64,000 nt of DNA from an uncultured cyanobacterium (lineage in GTDB: Bacteria > Cyanobacteriota > Cyanobacteriia > Cyanobacteriales > CAWUOF01). Both the position numbers and the translations under genes were made by a program. Below the pieces are notes generated by a model. It had not been told where the DNA came from, did no database searches, and saw nothing but the letters and a program-made list of their open reading frames with translations. Positions 18,152 to 28,267 of this stretch are shown here, piece by piece; the first letter of the stretch is position 1, and every line of letters starts with the position of its first letter. The stretch is taken from contig CAVUSO010000001.1 in assembly GCA_963744145.1 (NCBI GenBank), forward strand, positions 5,152,001-5,216,000, read 5' to 3'.

Positions 18152-19261
18152 TCAGCTCTCAGTTGCTGCCTGATTCCGTCTGCGTCCAGTAGTCCGACGT
18201 GAACGGGTGGATAGATCGTGTTCCAAAATAGCACCAATCCCAAATAGAACGCCACTGAAAACGAAAAAAACCTCCAAAAGTTGTCCACTTTGGTAGTCCG
18301 GGATATTAGCACCAGCGTATTTGAACCACATATCTGCAATGTAAAGCGAAAACGTGGCTGCTGCAATCATGCGCCAAGATTGAGAAAAACGCCCACCCCA
18401 AAAAGCCAACAGTAGGGTGCTAGCAATAATTAACAAGAGAACATCTCCAACTATGTAAAATAAATTTACATAATTACTCAGAGGCTCAAGAATCTTTTCT
18501 AGCTTTTTGACCCAAGGGGGTACAGCCACTTCTTCCTCAGACGCGACGGTCTCTTCAGTTTTAGCTTTAGCTGGAGAGGCAGGCTTACTATTAGTTTTAG
18601 TAGCTGTAGGGATATTGGGTGCAGTTTCTTTAGCTGCTGGTTTGATGACAGCTGCAACTTTAGACTCTTTAGCTGTGGGCGCAGGGGCAGTTACAGCAGT
18701 ATGTTCAGCTTTTTTCGTCACAGCAGTATTTGGAGCTGGTGGAAAAGAGATCCAAATTGCTAAAGCAATCCCACCCGCAGCGATCGCACCGACAATTCCC
18801 CACTGTCTCCATTCCAAATTGAGCCGTCGGGAAATCACTGCTAGGATCATTCCCCAGGCAATAAATACATAGCTAATTATGTAAAACAAATCTCCTGGAG
18901 AAACGATCGGTTCTTGGTGCCAAACCTGTTCCCACCAGCCAAATAGGGAACTACCAATAAAATAAAACATCATTCCACAAGCCAAACCTCGCCAGACATT
19001 ACGTCCACTGACAATCTGGGGGTTTTGCCAGTTGCGCCAACAGAGAATGGTTGCCCCTAAAAAAGCCCCTAACTCAAAAATTAATGTGCCATAGGAATAC
19101 CAAGTCGGCAGTTCTTCTCCTGGTAGCGGTATACTACCGATCAGAAAGAACAAAAGTGCCGATACACCCCAAAATATTTCTAACAGGACGAGATTTTGAA
19201 CTGAAAATACTCCTGCTAAAAAAGATTTGGGTGTAGATGACTTTTCCGAAGTGCTGCTCAT
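18152..19261 (-). CDS. Multi-pass membrane protein with an A/P/T/K-rich loop
   Basis: Several hydrophobic helices; FWGGRFSQSW motif. Confidence 0.75.
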   Translation of the reverse strand: MSSTSEKSSTPKSFLAGVFSVQNLVLLEIFWGVSALLFFLIGSIPLPGEELPTWYSYGTLIFELGAFLGATILCWRNWQNPQIVSGRNVWRGLACGMMFYFIGSSLFGWWEQVWHQEPIVSPGDLFYIISYVFIAWGMILAVISRRLNLEWRQWGIVGAIAAGGIALAIWISFPPAPNTAVTKKAEHTAVTAPAPTAKESKVAAVIKPAAKETAPNIPTATKTNSKPASPAKAKTEETVASEEEVAVPPWVKKLEKILEPLSNYVNLFYIVGDVLLLIIASTLLLAFWGGRFSQSWRMIAAATFSLYIADMWFKYAGANIPDYQSGQLLEVFFVFSGVLFGIGAILEHDLSTRSRRTTGRRRNQAATES

Positions 19262-19400
19262 AGGAATTTAGAAAGAGATAAATAGCACAAACCTAAATTG
19301 GTCAAGGGAATCGGGTTTAAAAGTATCCGAATTTGTATCCCAGGGTTTCATCTAGCGTCGCAGATCTTGTCAATCCTCCACGAGAATTTTCCCAAATCCT

Positions 19401-20081
19401 TTAGCCTTTTGTCCAGAGCTTACTGATTTGGGGGGATTGCTTGAGCCAAGTGATAAACTGATTTCGTTCAGATGTTTGCATATCTTGCAGAGTCTCCATC
19501 ACCCGCTCCGTAAAACTGGGATTACCAAAATAAGCTTTCCCTAAACGATGTAATTCTTGCAATAAGACAATCAAATGATTCTCTTGCCAAGGTGGCATCT
19601 GGGGACTAGCGAGAGGATCAATAGACAGTAAAGAGTTTACCGATTCCAGTGAGGACGCCTGGGGAAATTGTCCTTTCTGAAATACGTTATAAATATCTTT
19701 CTGAAATGAGCCTGCTTGTCTAGCTCCTAATAAGTCCTCTACGTCAAAATAGACAGCCTGCAAGATGAGGAGACAGGCTTGGGTAAAGGTTGGTACCACA
19801 GCATCGGCACCACCACTACCGACTGGCTCCTCATTCAGCTGATCAATCCGGATTTTCCCCCAGACGCTATATCGATCTGGTTCTTCCAGCAGGACACAAG
19901 CTTTCCCACGGTTATCGGTTAGATCGCGCCAGAATGCTCTAGCTTCTTCCGCTTGCTGGGCGTTAAATACGCTAATCAAACGAAATGTCTGACCCTGATA
20001 ATTGAGAATCGGAATCTGCTGGCCCGATTTGGGGTGTTGAATACTGGAAATTTCAACATCCTGCCGTTTCAGAATAAACAT
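19401..20081 (-). CDS. Npun_F0813-family conserved cyanobacterial protein
   Basis: Start MFILKRQDVEISSIQHP (ATG 20081). Confidence 0.75.
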   Translation of the reverse strand: MFILKRQDVEISSIQHPKSGQQIPILNYQGQTFRLISVFNAQQAEEARAFWRDLTDNRGKACVLLEEPDRYSVWGKIRIDQLNEEPVGSGGADAVVPTFTQACLLILQAVYFDVEDLLGARQAGSFQKDIYNVFQKGQFPQASSLESVNSLLSIDPLASPQMPPWQENHLIVLLQELHRLGKAYFGNPSFTERVMETLQDMQTSERNQFITWLKQSPQISKLWTKG

Positions 20082-20411
20082 GAGACTTCCAATTAACTCC
20101 TCGTGGCCTGCGGGGTGCTGTGTAGGCAAAAAACGTTAACCCTAGCAATTGGATTGCCCATCGCTTGGTTAGTTGAGGAAACGGTCTCACGGTTGTAGTT
20201 GAGAACTGTTTCCGGTCGGGATAACGCGAATTGCATTGAATAACAGACTAGCTTATAAATTGCTTTATGATCTGTTGTTAGTTATAGTCAGGGCACCTCG
20301 AAAGTAAAAATTAGAGTGTAAATTCACTTCCTTCCTCTTTATGGTACAACATTGGCTCTGTCCTAAATGCTTTGGTAATTGATTAAATTAGCTTGGGTGA
20401 ATTTTTTTAAC

Positions 20412-20440
20412 TTGACTCGCTAGCACCAGTTGGTTAATAT
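20412..20440 (+). promoter_or_regulatory. Sigma70-type promoter for tRNA-Arg
   Basis: TTGACT-17 nt-TAATAT. Confidence 0.55.
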
Positions 20441-20486
20441 AGATATGGTGTTCTTTTTCCTATACTGTTAAAAACATTATCTTTAT

Positions 20487-20559
20487 CCTGCCGTGGCTGA
20501 GTGGATTAGGCAACGACCTTCTAAGTCGTTCTACGGAGGTTCGAACCCTCCCGGCAGGG
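20487..20559 (+). tRNA. trnR: tRNA-Arg(UCU)
   Basis: Acceptor CCTGCCG/CGGCAGG, anticodon arm ACGAC-CTTCTAA-GTCGT, T arm GGAGG-TTCGAAC-CCTCC; CCA not encoded. Confidence 0.9.
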
Positions 20560-20600
20560 CTGAACAAAGTTTTTAGATTTTGATGGGATAACTTAGGCTA

Positions 20601-22196
20601 ATGGCGATCGCGATCGATTTTGGCACTAGCAATACGGTAATTGCTCGTTGGGATCGGGCTACTAACCAGTCAGAAACTCTCAAATTACCAGGTTTATCCA
20701 CCTTCGCTGGATTAAATCCACCGTTAATTCCCAGTTTACTTTATGTCGAAAATGCGATTGGGCCTCAGTTGGTGGTTGGCCAAATGGTGCGCGATCGGGG
20801 CCTCGATTTAACCAATGACCCACGTTTTTTCCAAACATTTAAACGGGGAATTGGGACGGAGATTCCCGGTTTTATGCCCCAAATTGATGGTCGGGTGATT
20901 ACCTTTGAGCAGGTAGGTGAATGGTTTTTAGCGGCGATTATTGATCAATTACAAGCTAGTGATCCGGAAGTAGGTGAGTCCTTAATTCTCACTGTACCGG
21001 TCGATAGTTTTGAAGCTTATCGTCATTGGTTGGGTCGGGTTGGTCAATCCTTACCAGTAGAACAAATTCGACTGTTAGATGAACCAACCGCAGCAGCTTT
21101 AGGGTATGGACTAGGCGATCGGCAAATTTTATTAGTGATCGATTTTGGTGGTGGTACTTTAGATTTGTCTTTGGTGGAGTTAAATCAGCAAGTAAGTGAG
21201 CGATCGCGAGGTTTCCTGCTGAAATGGGGCCAAAAAATCCTCGCGGATAATTCCGCCCAAAAAGCAAAAATTGCCCGAGTTTTGGCTAAAGTTGGGCAGA
21301 ATTTAGGTGGAACGGATATTGATGCTTGGTTAGTAGATTATTTTGTTCGAGGGATAGGATTAACTCATTCTCCTTTAATAACTCGTTTAGCGGAAAGACT
21401 GAAAATTCAGCTTTCTCTCCAATCCCAAGCCAGTGAAGTATTCTTTGATGATGAAACTTTAGAAAGTATTGAATTAGCCCTAGATCGCGATCGCTTTGAA
21501 GAAATTCTCCAGCAACACCGTTTTTTTGACCAACTCGATGGAGCGATTGACCAAATATTTCAGCAAGCAAAACGACAAGGATTAAAAAATACAGATATTG
21601 ATGCAGTGTTGTTAGTTGGTGGGACGGTGCAAATTCCTGCGGTAATACGTTGGATTGAACAATATTTTAGCCAGACCAAAATTCGCTGTGAAAAACCTTT
21701 TGAAGCGATCGCCCACGGTGCGCTGCATTTAGTGCAAGGGATCGAAATTAAAGATTTTCTCTATCATAGCTATGGGATTCGGTACTGGGATCGTCGCCAA
21801 AATAGTCACAATTGGCATCCGTTAATTAAAGCAGGTCAATCTTATCCGATGAGTAATCCCGTCGAATTGGTTTTAGGTGCAGCGACAGAAAATCAACCTC
21901 GGATTGAATTAATTATTGGGGAATTAGGGGCTGAAACTGGTGGAACAGAGATCTATTTTGATGGCGATCGCTTAGTTACTCGTCATCTTGGTGTTGGGCA
22001 AACTTCAGTCCAACCATTGAACGATCGGGATGGGGCAAGGACAATTGCCCAGTTAACACCTCCCGGTTTTCCGGGTAGCGATCGGATTAAGGTTTTTTTC
22101 CAAGTTGATCAAAAACGTTTATTAAGGATGACCGTGGAAGATTTACTCACTAATACAACACTGGTGGAAAATCAAGTTGTGGTGGAATTGAGTTAG
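20601..22196 (+). CDS. Hsp70 family protein
   Basis: IDFGTSNT, EPTAAALGY, DFGGGTLD, LLVGG. Confidence 0.92.
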   Translation: MAIAIDFGTSNTVIARWDRATNQSETLKLPGLSTFAGLNPPLIPSLLYVENAIGPQLVVGQMVRDRGLDLTNDPRFFQTFKRGIGTEIPGFMPQIDGRVITFEQVGEWFLAAIIDQLQASDPEVGESLILTVPVDSFEAYRHWLGRVGQSLPVEQIRLLDEPTAAALGYGLGDRQILLVIDFGGGTLDLSLVELNQQVSERSRGFLLKWGQKILADNSAQKAKIARVLAKVGQNLGGTDIDAWLVDYFVRGIGLTHSPLITRLAERLKIQLSLQSQASEVFFDDETLESIELALDRDRFEEILQQHRFFDQLDGAIDQIFQQAKRQGLKNTDIDAVLLVGGTVQIPAVIRWIEQYFSQTKIRCEKPFEAIAHGALHLVQGIEIKDFLYHSYGIRYWDRRQNSHNWHPLIKAGQSYPMSNPVELVLGAATENQPRIELIIGELGAETGGTEIYFDGDRLVTRHLGVGQTSVQPLNDRDGARTIAQLTPPGFPGSDRIKVFFQVDQKRLLRMTVEDLLTNTTLVENQVVVELS

Positions 22197-22210
22197 ATGC
22201 CAGCTCAAAA

Positions 22211-22777
22211 TTACTCGTGAACGATCACAGGTGTGCCGATCGGAGCCCAGTTAAATAACCATTTAGCATGATTCACCGCGACATTAGTACAACCATGACT
22301 AACGGGAATCCCAAAATTGTTGTGCCAGTAAGCACCATGAATCGCATTGCCACCATCATAATACATGGTATAGGGCACATCGGGCACATCGTAGTCCGGA
22401 CCTTGCATCCGCGCCAATCGATACTTAGATTGAATGGCAAAAGTCCCAGTCCGGGTTGGGGTGGAATCTTTACCAGTAGAAATAATAATGGCATAAACGG
22501 GGGTTTTGCCTTCCCAAGCAATTAATCTTTGTTTCAATAGGTCAATTTCAATCCATTTTTGCTGGGATTGTTGCAAACTTTGCATTTGCCAAGCAATTTT
22601 ATCTTGTTGTTCGACTTCGGTAGCTAGAGTCGGTAACAATCCAGTCCAAGCAACTACTAGGGTTATTGTTGCACAGGTGCAAAAAATGCTAACTAAACGC
22701 AATTTATTTACCTCACCGCTGGGATTGATTGATGGTTTGACAGCGAAAATCAAAGATTTAAGACAAAAGCTAGACAC
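22211..22777 (-). CDS. L,D-transpeptidase (YkuD)
   Basis: AIHGAYW...SHGCTN...GTPVIVH. Confidence 0.92.
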   Translation of the reverse strand: MSSFCLKSLIFAVKPSINPSGEVNKLRLVSIFCTCATITLVVAWTGLLPTLATEVEQQDKIAWQMQSLQQSQQKWIEIDLLKQRLIAWEGKTPVYAIIISTGKDSTPTRTGTFAIQSKYRLARMQGPDYDVPDVPYTMYYDGGNAIHGAYWHNNFGIPVSHGCTNVAVNHAKWLFNWAPIGTPVIVHE

Positions 22778-22781
22778 TGCA

Positions 22782-23411
22782 TTAATTTGTAGCTAGGTTT
22801 TGTAAGAGGTGACGAGCAAGAGCAGTAATCGCATCCCAGTCTTGCTGGATGATTAACTTGTGGGGAAATAAATCTCCAGCTAACCCAACTGCGATTGCAC
22901 CACTGCGAATAAATTCCTGGGCATTTTTTTGAGTTACTCCTCCAGTCGGAATTAAAGGTATATGTCCTAACACTGGTGCTAAACTGCGAATATAGTTCAC
23001 ACCTCCGACAGCGGAAACAGGAAATACCTTAACTGCGGTTGCCCCTGCATTCCAAGCTGTGACGATTTCTGTAGGAGATAAGGTTCCCGGTATAATAGGG
23101 ATACCTCTTTCTAGGGCAATTTTAATCATAGATGAATCAACGTGGGGGGTAAATAAAAATTGACTACCGGAGGCGATCGCCAAATTTAGCTGTTCTATAT
23201 TTAATAGCGTTCCTGTGCCAATCTGACAGTGTGGTAATTCTGATCTTAACTGACTAATTAACTCTCTAGGCCGATCGCTATTCCAAGTAATTTCCAACCA
23301 ACGCATTCCACCCGTAGCTACAGCGTGGGCCATCTTGAGGCCGATGGACATTTCGGTCGATCTGATTACAGCGATTACTCGTTGCTGCTTTAATTTAGTT
23401 AACCAATCCAT
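22782..23411 (-). CDS. eda: KDPG/KHG aldolase
   Basis: IAVIR, EIT, GTGT, VKVFP, PTGGV. Confidence 0.92.
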   Translation of the reverse strand: MDWLTKLKQQRVIAVIRSTEMSIGLKMAHAVATGGMRWLEITWNSDRPRELISQLRSELPHCQIGTGTLLNIEQLNLAIASGSQFLFTPHVDSSMIKIALERGIPIIPGTLSPTEIVTAWNAGATAVKVFPVSAVGGVNYIRSLAPVLGHIPLIPTGGVTQKNAQEFIRSGAIAVGLAGDLFPHKLIIQQDWDAITALARHLLQNLATN

Positions 23412-23515
23412 TGTTTATTAAAAATTGATCATAAATACATATTCTCAATTATAGGGACAAGTCTAAATCGATCAGGGTCTTCCCATTGATCAATGTTCCT
23501 CTTTAGTCCAGGCTG

Positions 23516-23589
23516 GTAGGGGAGCAAAAGCCATACACCCTTACAGGTTAATCTACCATGGTAGGGGCGCAAAAGCCATACGCCCGTAC
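23516..23589 (+). repeat. Two tandem GTAG-type REP hairpins
   Basis: GTAGGGGAGCAAAAGCCATACACCCTTAC and GTAGGGGCGCAAAAGCCATACGCCCGTAC. Confidence 0.65.
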
Positions 23590-23632
23590 TTGTCATTTTC
23601 TTTCTTAGTGATAAAAACAGTGCTTGCTGCAG

Positions 23633-25414
23633 ATGATTTTGTGCATCAATCCTAGTTGTCCCCAACCTGTAAATGACGATTCGTCGCTCTTATGCCAAGC
23701 TTGTGGTTGGCAATTATTATTAGGGCAACGGTATCAAATAATTCGTCAACTTGGCAGTGGTGGTTTGGTGATGACATATCAAGCGAGCGATCGCGGTATG
23801 GCCAAGGTAATTAAAATTCTTACCTCCAATCATCCCACAGCTTTACAGTGGTTTAGTGAGCAAATCCGGGTATTTCGACAAATCAACCATCCGGGATTGC
23901 CAAAAATTGATAAATTCTTTACTTTTCAGCCAATCGATCGACCTAAACCTTGGCATTGTCTAGTGATGGAATATATTGATGGTAAAAATTTATCGCAATA
24001 TATTACTAATACTAGTATTCCTATTGAGCAATCAACGGTCTTAGATTGGCTCAATCAATTAATGCGAATTTTAGCAGAATTGCATCAACATCGGTTTTTA
24101 CATCGGAATATTAAGCCATCAAATATTATTCTTAAACATGATGGGCAATTGGTATTAATTGATTTTTATACAACGCGAACTTCATCCGGAAGTTCTCCCC
24201 GTCAAGTCACATCTGAATTAATTCCCTATTCAGCTTTTTCGAGTTATATATCTTTAGAGCAATTACAATTTCAAGCCGTACCCCAATCAGATTTCTTTGC
24301 TTTAGCTAGAACTTTTGTTTATTTAATAACTGCGAAGGAGCCGGAAACTTTATATAATGCTTTTACTCGCGAATTTAACTGGCGACAATATGCTCCCCAA
24401 ATTTCCCCATTAATTGCAGATTTATTAGATGAAATGATGGCAGATGTACCAACCCAACGTCCTGCTAGTGCTAAAGAAATTTTAGGGAGATTAAGAGAAA
24501 TTGACGCTGCTTTGCATCCGCGGTTATTACGTCCACAAATAAATAATACTCTTCCCGGTCATTCCCAGTGGATTACTTCTCTAGCTATTTATGAATCTGG
24601 TAAATTTTTAGTCAGTGGATGTTGGGATAAGACTATTAAAGTTTGGCATTTACAAAACGGCAGCTTAATTGGTACACTTACAGGTCATACCGATGGAGTT
24701 TTAGCGGTGGCGATTAGTCCGGTAAGTTCGATTTTAGTTAGTGGTAGTTGGGATCGAACTTTAAAAGTTTGGCAATTGAAAAATGGCAGATTAATTGGGA
24801 CTTTGACTGGACATTCGGATGCAGTTTTAGCGATCGCGATTAGTCCGGATGGAAAAACTTTAGTGAGTGGTAGTGGAGATAAGAGTTTAAAAATTTGGCA
24901 TCTAAAAACTGGAAAATTAATCCGGACTTTAATTGGTCATAATAGCTGGGTTCGCTCCATTGCGATTAGTCGTGATGGCAAAATCATGGCGAGTGCGAGT
25001 TATGATAAAACTATTAATATTTGGGATTTTCATAGCGATCGCTTATTATATCATCTGATTGGTCATACCGCACCAGTGACATCCGTAGCAATTAGTCCCG
25101 ATGGTCAAACTGTAGTCAGTGGTAGTTTTGATAATAGTATTAATATTTGGAATCTGAAAAATGGTCAATTATTAGGTAGCTTATTTGGTCATTCTAATAC
25201 AGTAACATCGGTGGCAATTAATCCAGATGGTCAAACTTTAGTCAGTGGTAGTGATGATAAAACTGTCAGAATTTGGGATTTAGATACGGGAGAAATGTTG
25301 TCTACTCTTCCTGGGCACTCTGCTCAAGTCACTTGTGTGACGATTAGCCCCGATGGTCAAACTTTAGTCAGTGGTAGTTATGATAATACGATTAAAGTTT
25401 GGCGATTACGATAG
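23633..25414 (+). CDS. Ser/Thr kinase-like domain plus WD40 repeats (probable pseudokinase)
   Basis: CINPSC zinc ribbon, HRNIKPSN, DFY, seven GH...WD-type repeats. Confidence 0.9.
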   Translation: MILCINPSCPQPVNDDSSLLCQACGWQLLLGQRYQIIRQLGSGGLVMTYQASDRGMAKVIKILTSNHPTALQWFSEQIRVFRQINHPGLPKIDKFFTFQPIDRPKPWHCLVMEYIDGKNLSQYITNTSIPIEQSTVLDWLNQLMRILAELHQHRFLHRNIKPSNIILKHDGQLVLIDFYTTRTSSGSSPRQVTSELIPYSAFSSYISLEQLQFQAVPQSDFFALARTFVYLITAKEPETLYNAFTREFNWRQYAPQISPLIADLLDEMMADVPTQRPASAKEILGRLREIDAALHPRLLRPQINNTLPGHSQWITSLAIYESGKFLVSGCWDKTIKVWHLQNGSLIGTLTGHTDGVLAVAISPVSSILVSGSWDRTLKVWQLKNGRLIGTLTGHSDAVLAIAISPDGKTLVSGSGDKSLKIWHLKTGKLIRTLIGHNSWVRSIAISRDGKIMASASYDKTINIWDFHSDRLLYHLIGHTAPVTSVAISPDGQTVVSGSFDNSINIWNLKNGQLLGSLFGHSNTVTSVAINPDGQTLVSGSDDKTVRIWDLDTGEMLSTLPGHSAQVTCVTISPDGQTLVSGSYDNTIKVWRLR

Positions 25415-25513
25415 GATTTTACCATAATCTTTCTACTGATCGTAGGTTTTTATGATATGCTGGAGACCAAAGTAACAAAAATTCTTTAAACAAACAGTGT
25501 TTAGCACTCATTG

Positions 25514-26020
25514 ATGAATTCAGGCTTGCAATATCCGATTTTTGGAGCGGAGATCCAGTGTCCCCACTGTCGTCAGACCATCCCAGCGCTGACGCTGACA
25601 GATACCTATTTGTGTACACGTCATGGTGCGTTTGAAGCAGATCCAAAAACGGGTGAACTAGTCCATGTCCAATCAGGACGACATTGGCGTTTATGGAATG
25701 GTGAATGGTATCGACAACATACTCATCCAGATGGAATTCGGTTTGAAATCCATGAAGCACTAGATCGACTTTATACTCAAGGCTACCGAGCCACCAAGGT
25801 AATTATTGCCCGACGCTATGAAGAGTTGATCGGTTCTTATTTAGAACGTAGCACACCTTGGCGCGGACAGCCAGACGGGGAACAACCAAGATTATATGGG
25901 CTACCAGTAGAATTTAGCCCAGAAACTGAAACAGACCCTTGTTGGGAAGTAATAAATTTTGATCTGGATAAAGAACCTGGTGTACCCATGCGATATCCTT
26001 ATTTCCGGTTATTTGAGTAG
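25514..26020 (+). CDS. TIGR02652 family cyanobacterial protein
   Basis: YPIFG.EIQCPHCRQTIPALTLTDTYLC. Confidence 0.85.
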   Translation: MNSGLQYPIFGAEIQCPHCRQTIPALTLTDTYLCTRHGAFEADPKTGELVHVQSGRHWRLWNGEWYRQHTHPDGIRFEIHEALDRLYTQGYRATKVIIARRYEELIGSYLERSTPWRGQPDGEQPRLYGLPVEFSPETETDPCWEVINFDLDKEPGVPMRYPYFRLFE

Positions 26021-26024
26021 TTTT

Positions 26025-26462
26025 ATGCACCATGTTTCGATTCGCACCGCAAATATTCATCGGGCAATCGCTTTTTATGAACAATTAGGCTTTCAAGTGA
26101 GCGATCGCTTTACTACGGGGATCACTCTAGCTTGTTGGTTGGAAGGATTAGGGGGAAGACTCGAACTAATCCAAATCCCTGAACCCAAACCAGCACCAGA
26201 TGCGTTTGGAGATGAACATTATGTGGGATATTACCATATATCCTTCGATCTGACTAATATTTGTGAAGATCTACCGAGTTGGTTACAGGAATTAGCACAG
26301 CGTTTTCAACAAGCAGCACAAATCAATCCAGAACAATTGCTACCGCTAAAAATTCTCTTAGCACCGAGTCAACAAATGATTAGCGATCACATCTATGAAG
26401 TAGCATTTATTGCTGATTCAGACGGATTACCCTTAGAATTGATCCGAACTTTATCTAAATAA
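26025..26462 (+). CDS. VOC/glyoxalase family protein
   Basis: MHHVSIRT...FYEQLGF...GYYHISF...DSDGLPLELI. Confidence 0.88.
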   Translation: MHHVSIRTANIHRAIAFYEQLGFQVSDRFTTGITLACWLEGLGGRLELIQIPEPKPAPDAFGDEHYVGYYHISFDLTNICEDLPSWLQELAQRFQQAAQINPEQLLPLKILLAPSQQMISDHIYEVAFIADSDGLPLELIRTLSK

Positions 26463-26640
26463 TTTTTTTTGAAAATGGTTTATTTCAGGTTTTCCCATCA
26501 GAAATTATGGGTGATTATTTGACCATAGTCCTGTGGATGGTTTGCCCTTGATTTAGTCAATTCTAAGCATTTCAAAAAGTATTTGACAAATTTGACAAAC
26601 TGTTGCTAATATTTTTATTAATCTGTAATATAGCAATTGT

Positions 26641-27384
26641 ATGATTAGAAAACCACTTCCTTCTTGCTTAAATGCTTATTATCCAGATTCGTTTAATTTA
26701 AAGCAGCACCTGAAAGAATTTTTGCATTGTGACTTAGAAACATTGGAAAATAGACTAACTATTGGTCAGCAACAGATGACTGAATTGGGTCATAAAGATT
26801 TTAATTGGGAAGAAGTAACAGTTTTTTATCGTGATCAGGTCAGAGAACTTTACTTATTTGAGTTGGGATCATGGCATTTAGACAGTTTTGAATATATAGA
26901 AGATACAATGTTGTTAGTTAGTGATCACGCTCAAGGTCGAGTATTAGATTTTGGTGGTGGGATTGGAACTCATACAATTGGAGCCGCTATTTGCCCAGAT
27001 GTTGATCAAGTAGTCTATTGTGATATCAATCCCATTAACCTTGAATTTGCGAAATATCGAGTGGAGCAAATGGGATTAACCCAAAAAATTGTTTTTTGTT
27101 CAGAGCTTCCTAGTAATGAAATTTTTGATACAATTATTTCTTTTGATGTTTTAGAACATTTGCCAGATCCAGAACAACAATTGTTAAAATTTCATCAATA
27201 TTTAACAAATCGAGGAAAAACTATCTTAAACTGGCGCTTTTTTAAAGGTTTTCATCAGGAACATCCTTTTCATTTGGATGATCCTCAATTGGTAGATGCT
27301 TTCTACCGTACACTGCAAAGTAAATTCCTAGAAATTTTTCATCCTTACCTAATTACAGCTCGTTGCTATTGTAAGTGGACTTGA
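26641..27384 (+). CDS. Class I SAM-dependent methyltransferase
   Basis: VLDFGGGIG, FDVLEHL. Confidence 0.88.
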   Translation: MIRKPLPSCLNAYYPDSFNLKQHLKEFLHCDLETLENRLTIGQQQMTELGHKDFNWEEVTVFYRDQVRELYLFELGSWHLDSFEYIEDTMLLVSDHAQGRVLDFGGGIGTHTIGAAICPDVDQVVYCDINPINLEFAKYRVEQMGLTQKIVFCSELPSNEIFDTIISFDVLEHLPDPEQQLLKFHQYLTNRGKTILNWRFFKGFHQEHPFHLDDPQLVDAFYRTLQSKFLEIFHPYLITARCYCKWT

Positions 27385-27509
27385 AGCCAAATAGTGAGAA
27401 ATGAAAGGAATAATTTTTATGGGTAAATTTCGTTGCATTGCGCTATTATCATTCAATTGATTTTCTGATTCACTACAACTACACCATAAATTTCGCTAAG
27501 GGGAACCAC

Positions 27510-28166
27510 ATGAATCCTATTTTGTTTGATATTAATCCTGATGTAAGTATAATTATACCCACCTATGATCGAGACAGTTATCTCCCGCGCTGCATTGATA
27601 GCGTAATTCAACAAACTTTTCAAAATTGGGAATTATTAATTGTGGATGATGGTAGTCATGACAATACATTTATGGTGATTGACTCCTATCTTGAGAAATT
27701 TCATAACATTCGCTACTTAAAACATAAAAATAGAAAGCTACCTTATAGCAGAAATGCAGGAATACAAGCTTCTTTTGGCAAATATATCACCTTTTTAGAT
27801 AGTGATGATGCCTACTTACCAGAACATATTGAAGTCAGATTTTTGTATATGCAAAACCATCCTGAAATTGATTTTATCGAGGGAGGATGTTTATTTGAAG
27901 AAGAGATTTTGGTAGTAGATTACTATAATACTGATCAATTAATTAAAGCCCAGGAATGTGTTTGCGGACCAACTTTTTTTGGTAAACGTAAAGTATTCTT
28001 TGAACTCCAAGGATTTCACAACATACTTTATGGTGAAGATACCCATCTATGGGAACGGGCTGAAAAACAGTTTGTCACCCAAAAGGTTAAAACTCTAGAA
28101 ACCTATTTATATACCAGGGCTGAAACAAGTATAACCAAAAATTTTCAAAAGCAACGCTCTTTATAG
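27510..28166 (+). CDS. Glycosyltransferase family 2
   Basis: VSIIIPTY, VDDGS, FLDSDD, GED. Confidence 0.92.
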   Translation: MNPILFDINPDVSIIIPTYDRDSYLPRCIDSVIQQTFQNWELLIVDDGSHDNTFMVIDSYLEKFHNIRYLKHKNRKLPYSRNAGIQASFGKYITFLDSDDAYLPEHIEVRFLYMQNHPEIDFIEGGCLFEEEILVVDYYNTDQLIKAQECVCGPTFFGKRKVFFELQGFHNILYGEDTHLWERAEKQFVTQKVKTLETYLYTRAETSITKNFQKQRSL

Positions 28167-28267
28167 TAATCCTCCGGCTCATTTTTGAATAGGAATGCGA
28201 TCGCTCCCATGATGCTAACAAAAGATGGCTATTTCTCCCTCAAATCTTGATGAGGATTTAAACATAC

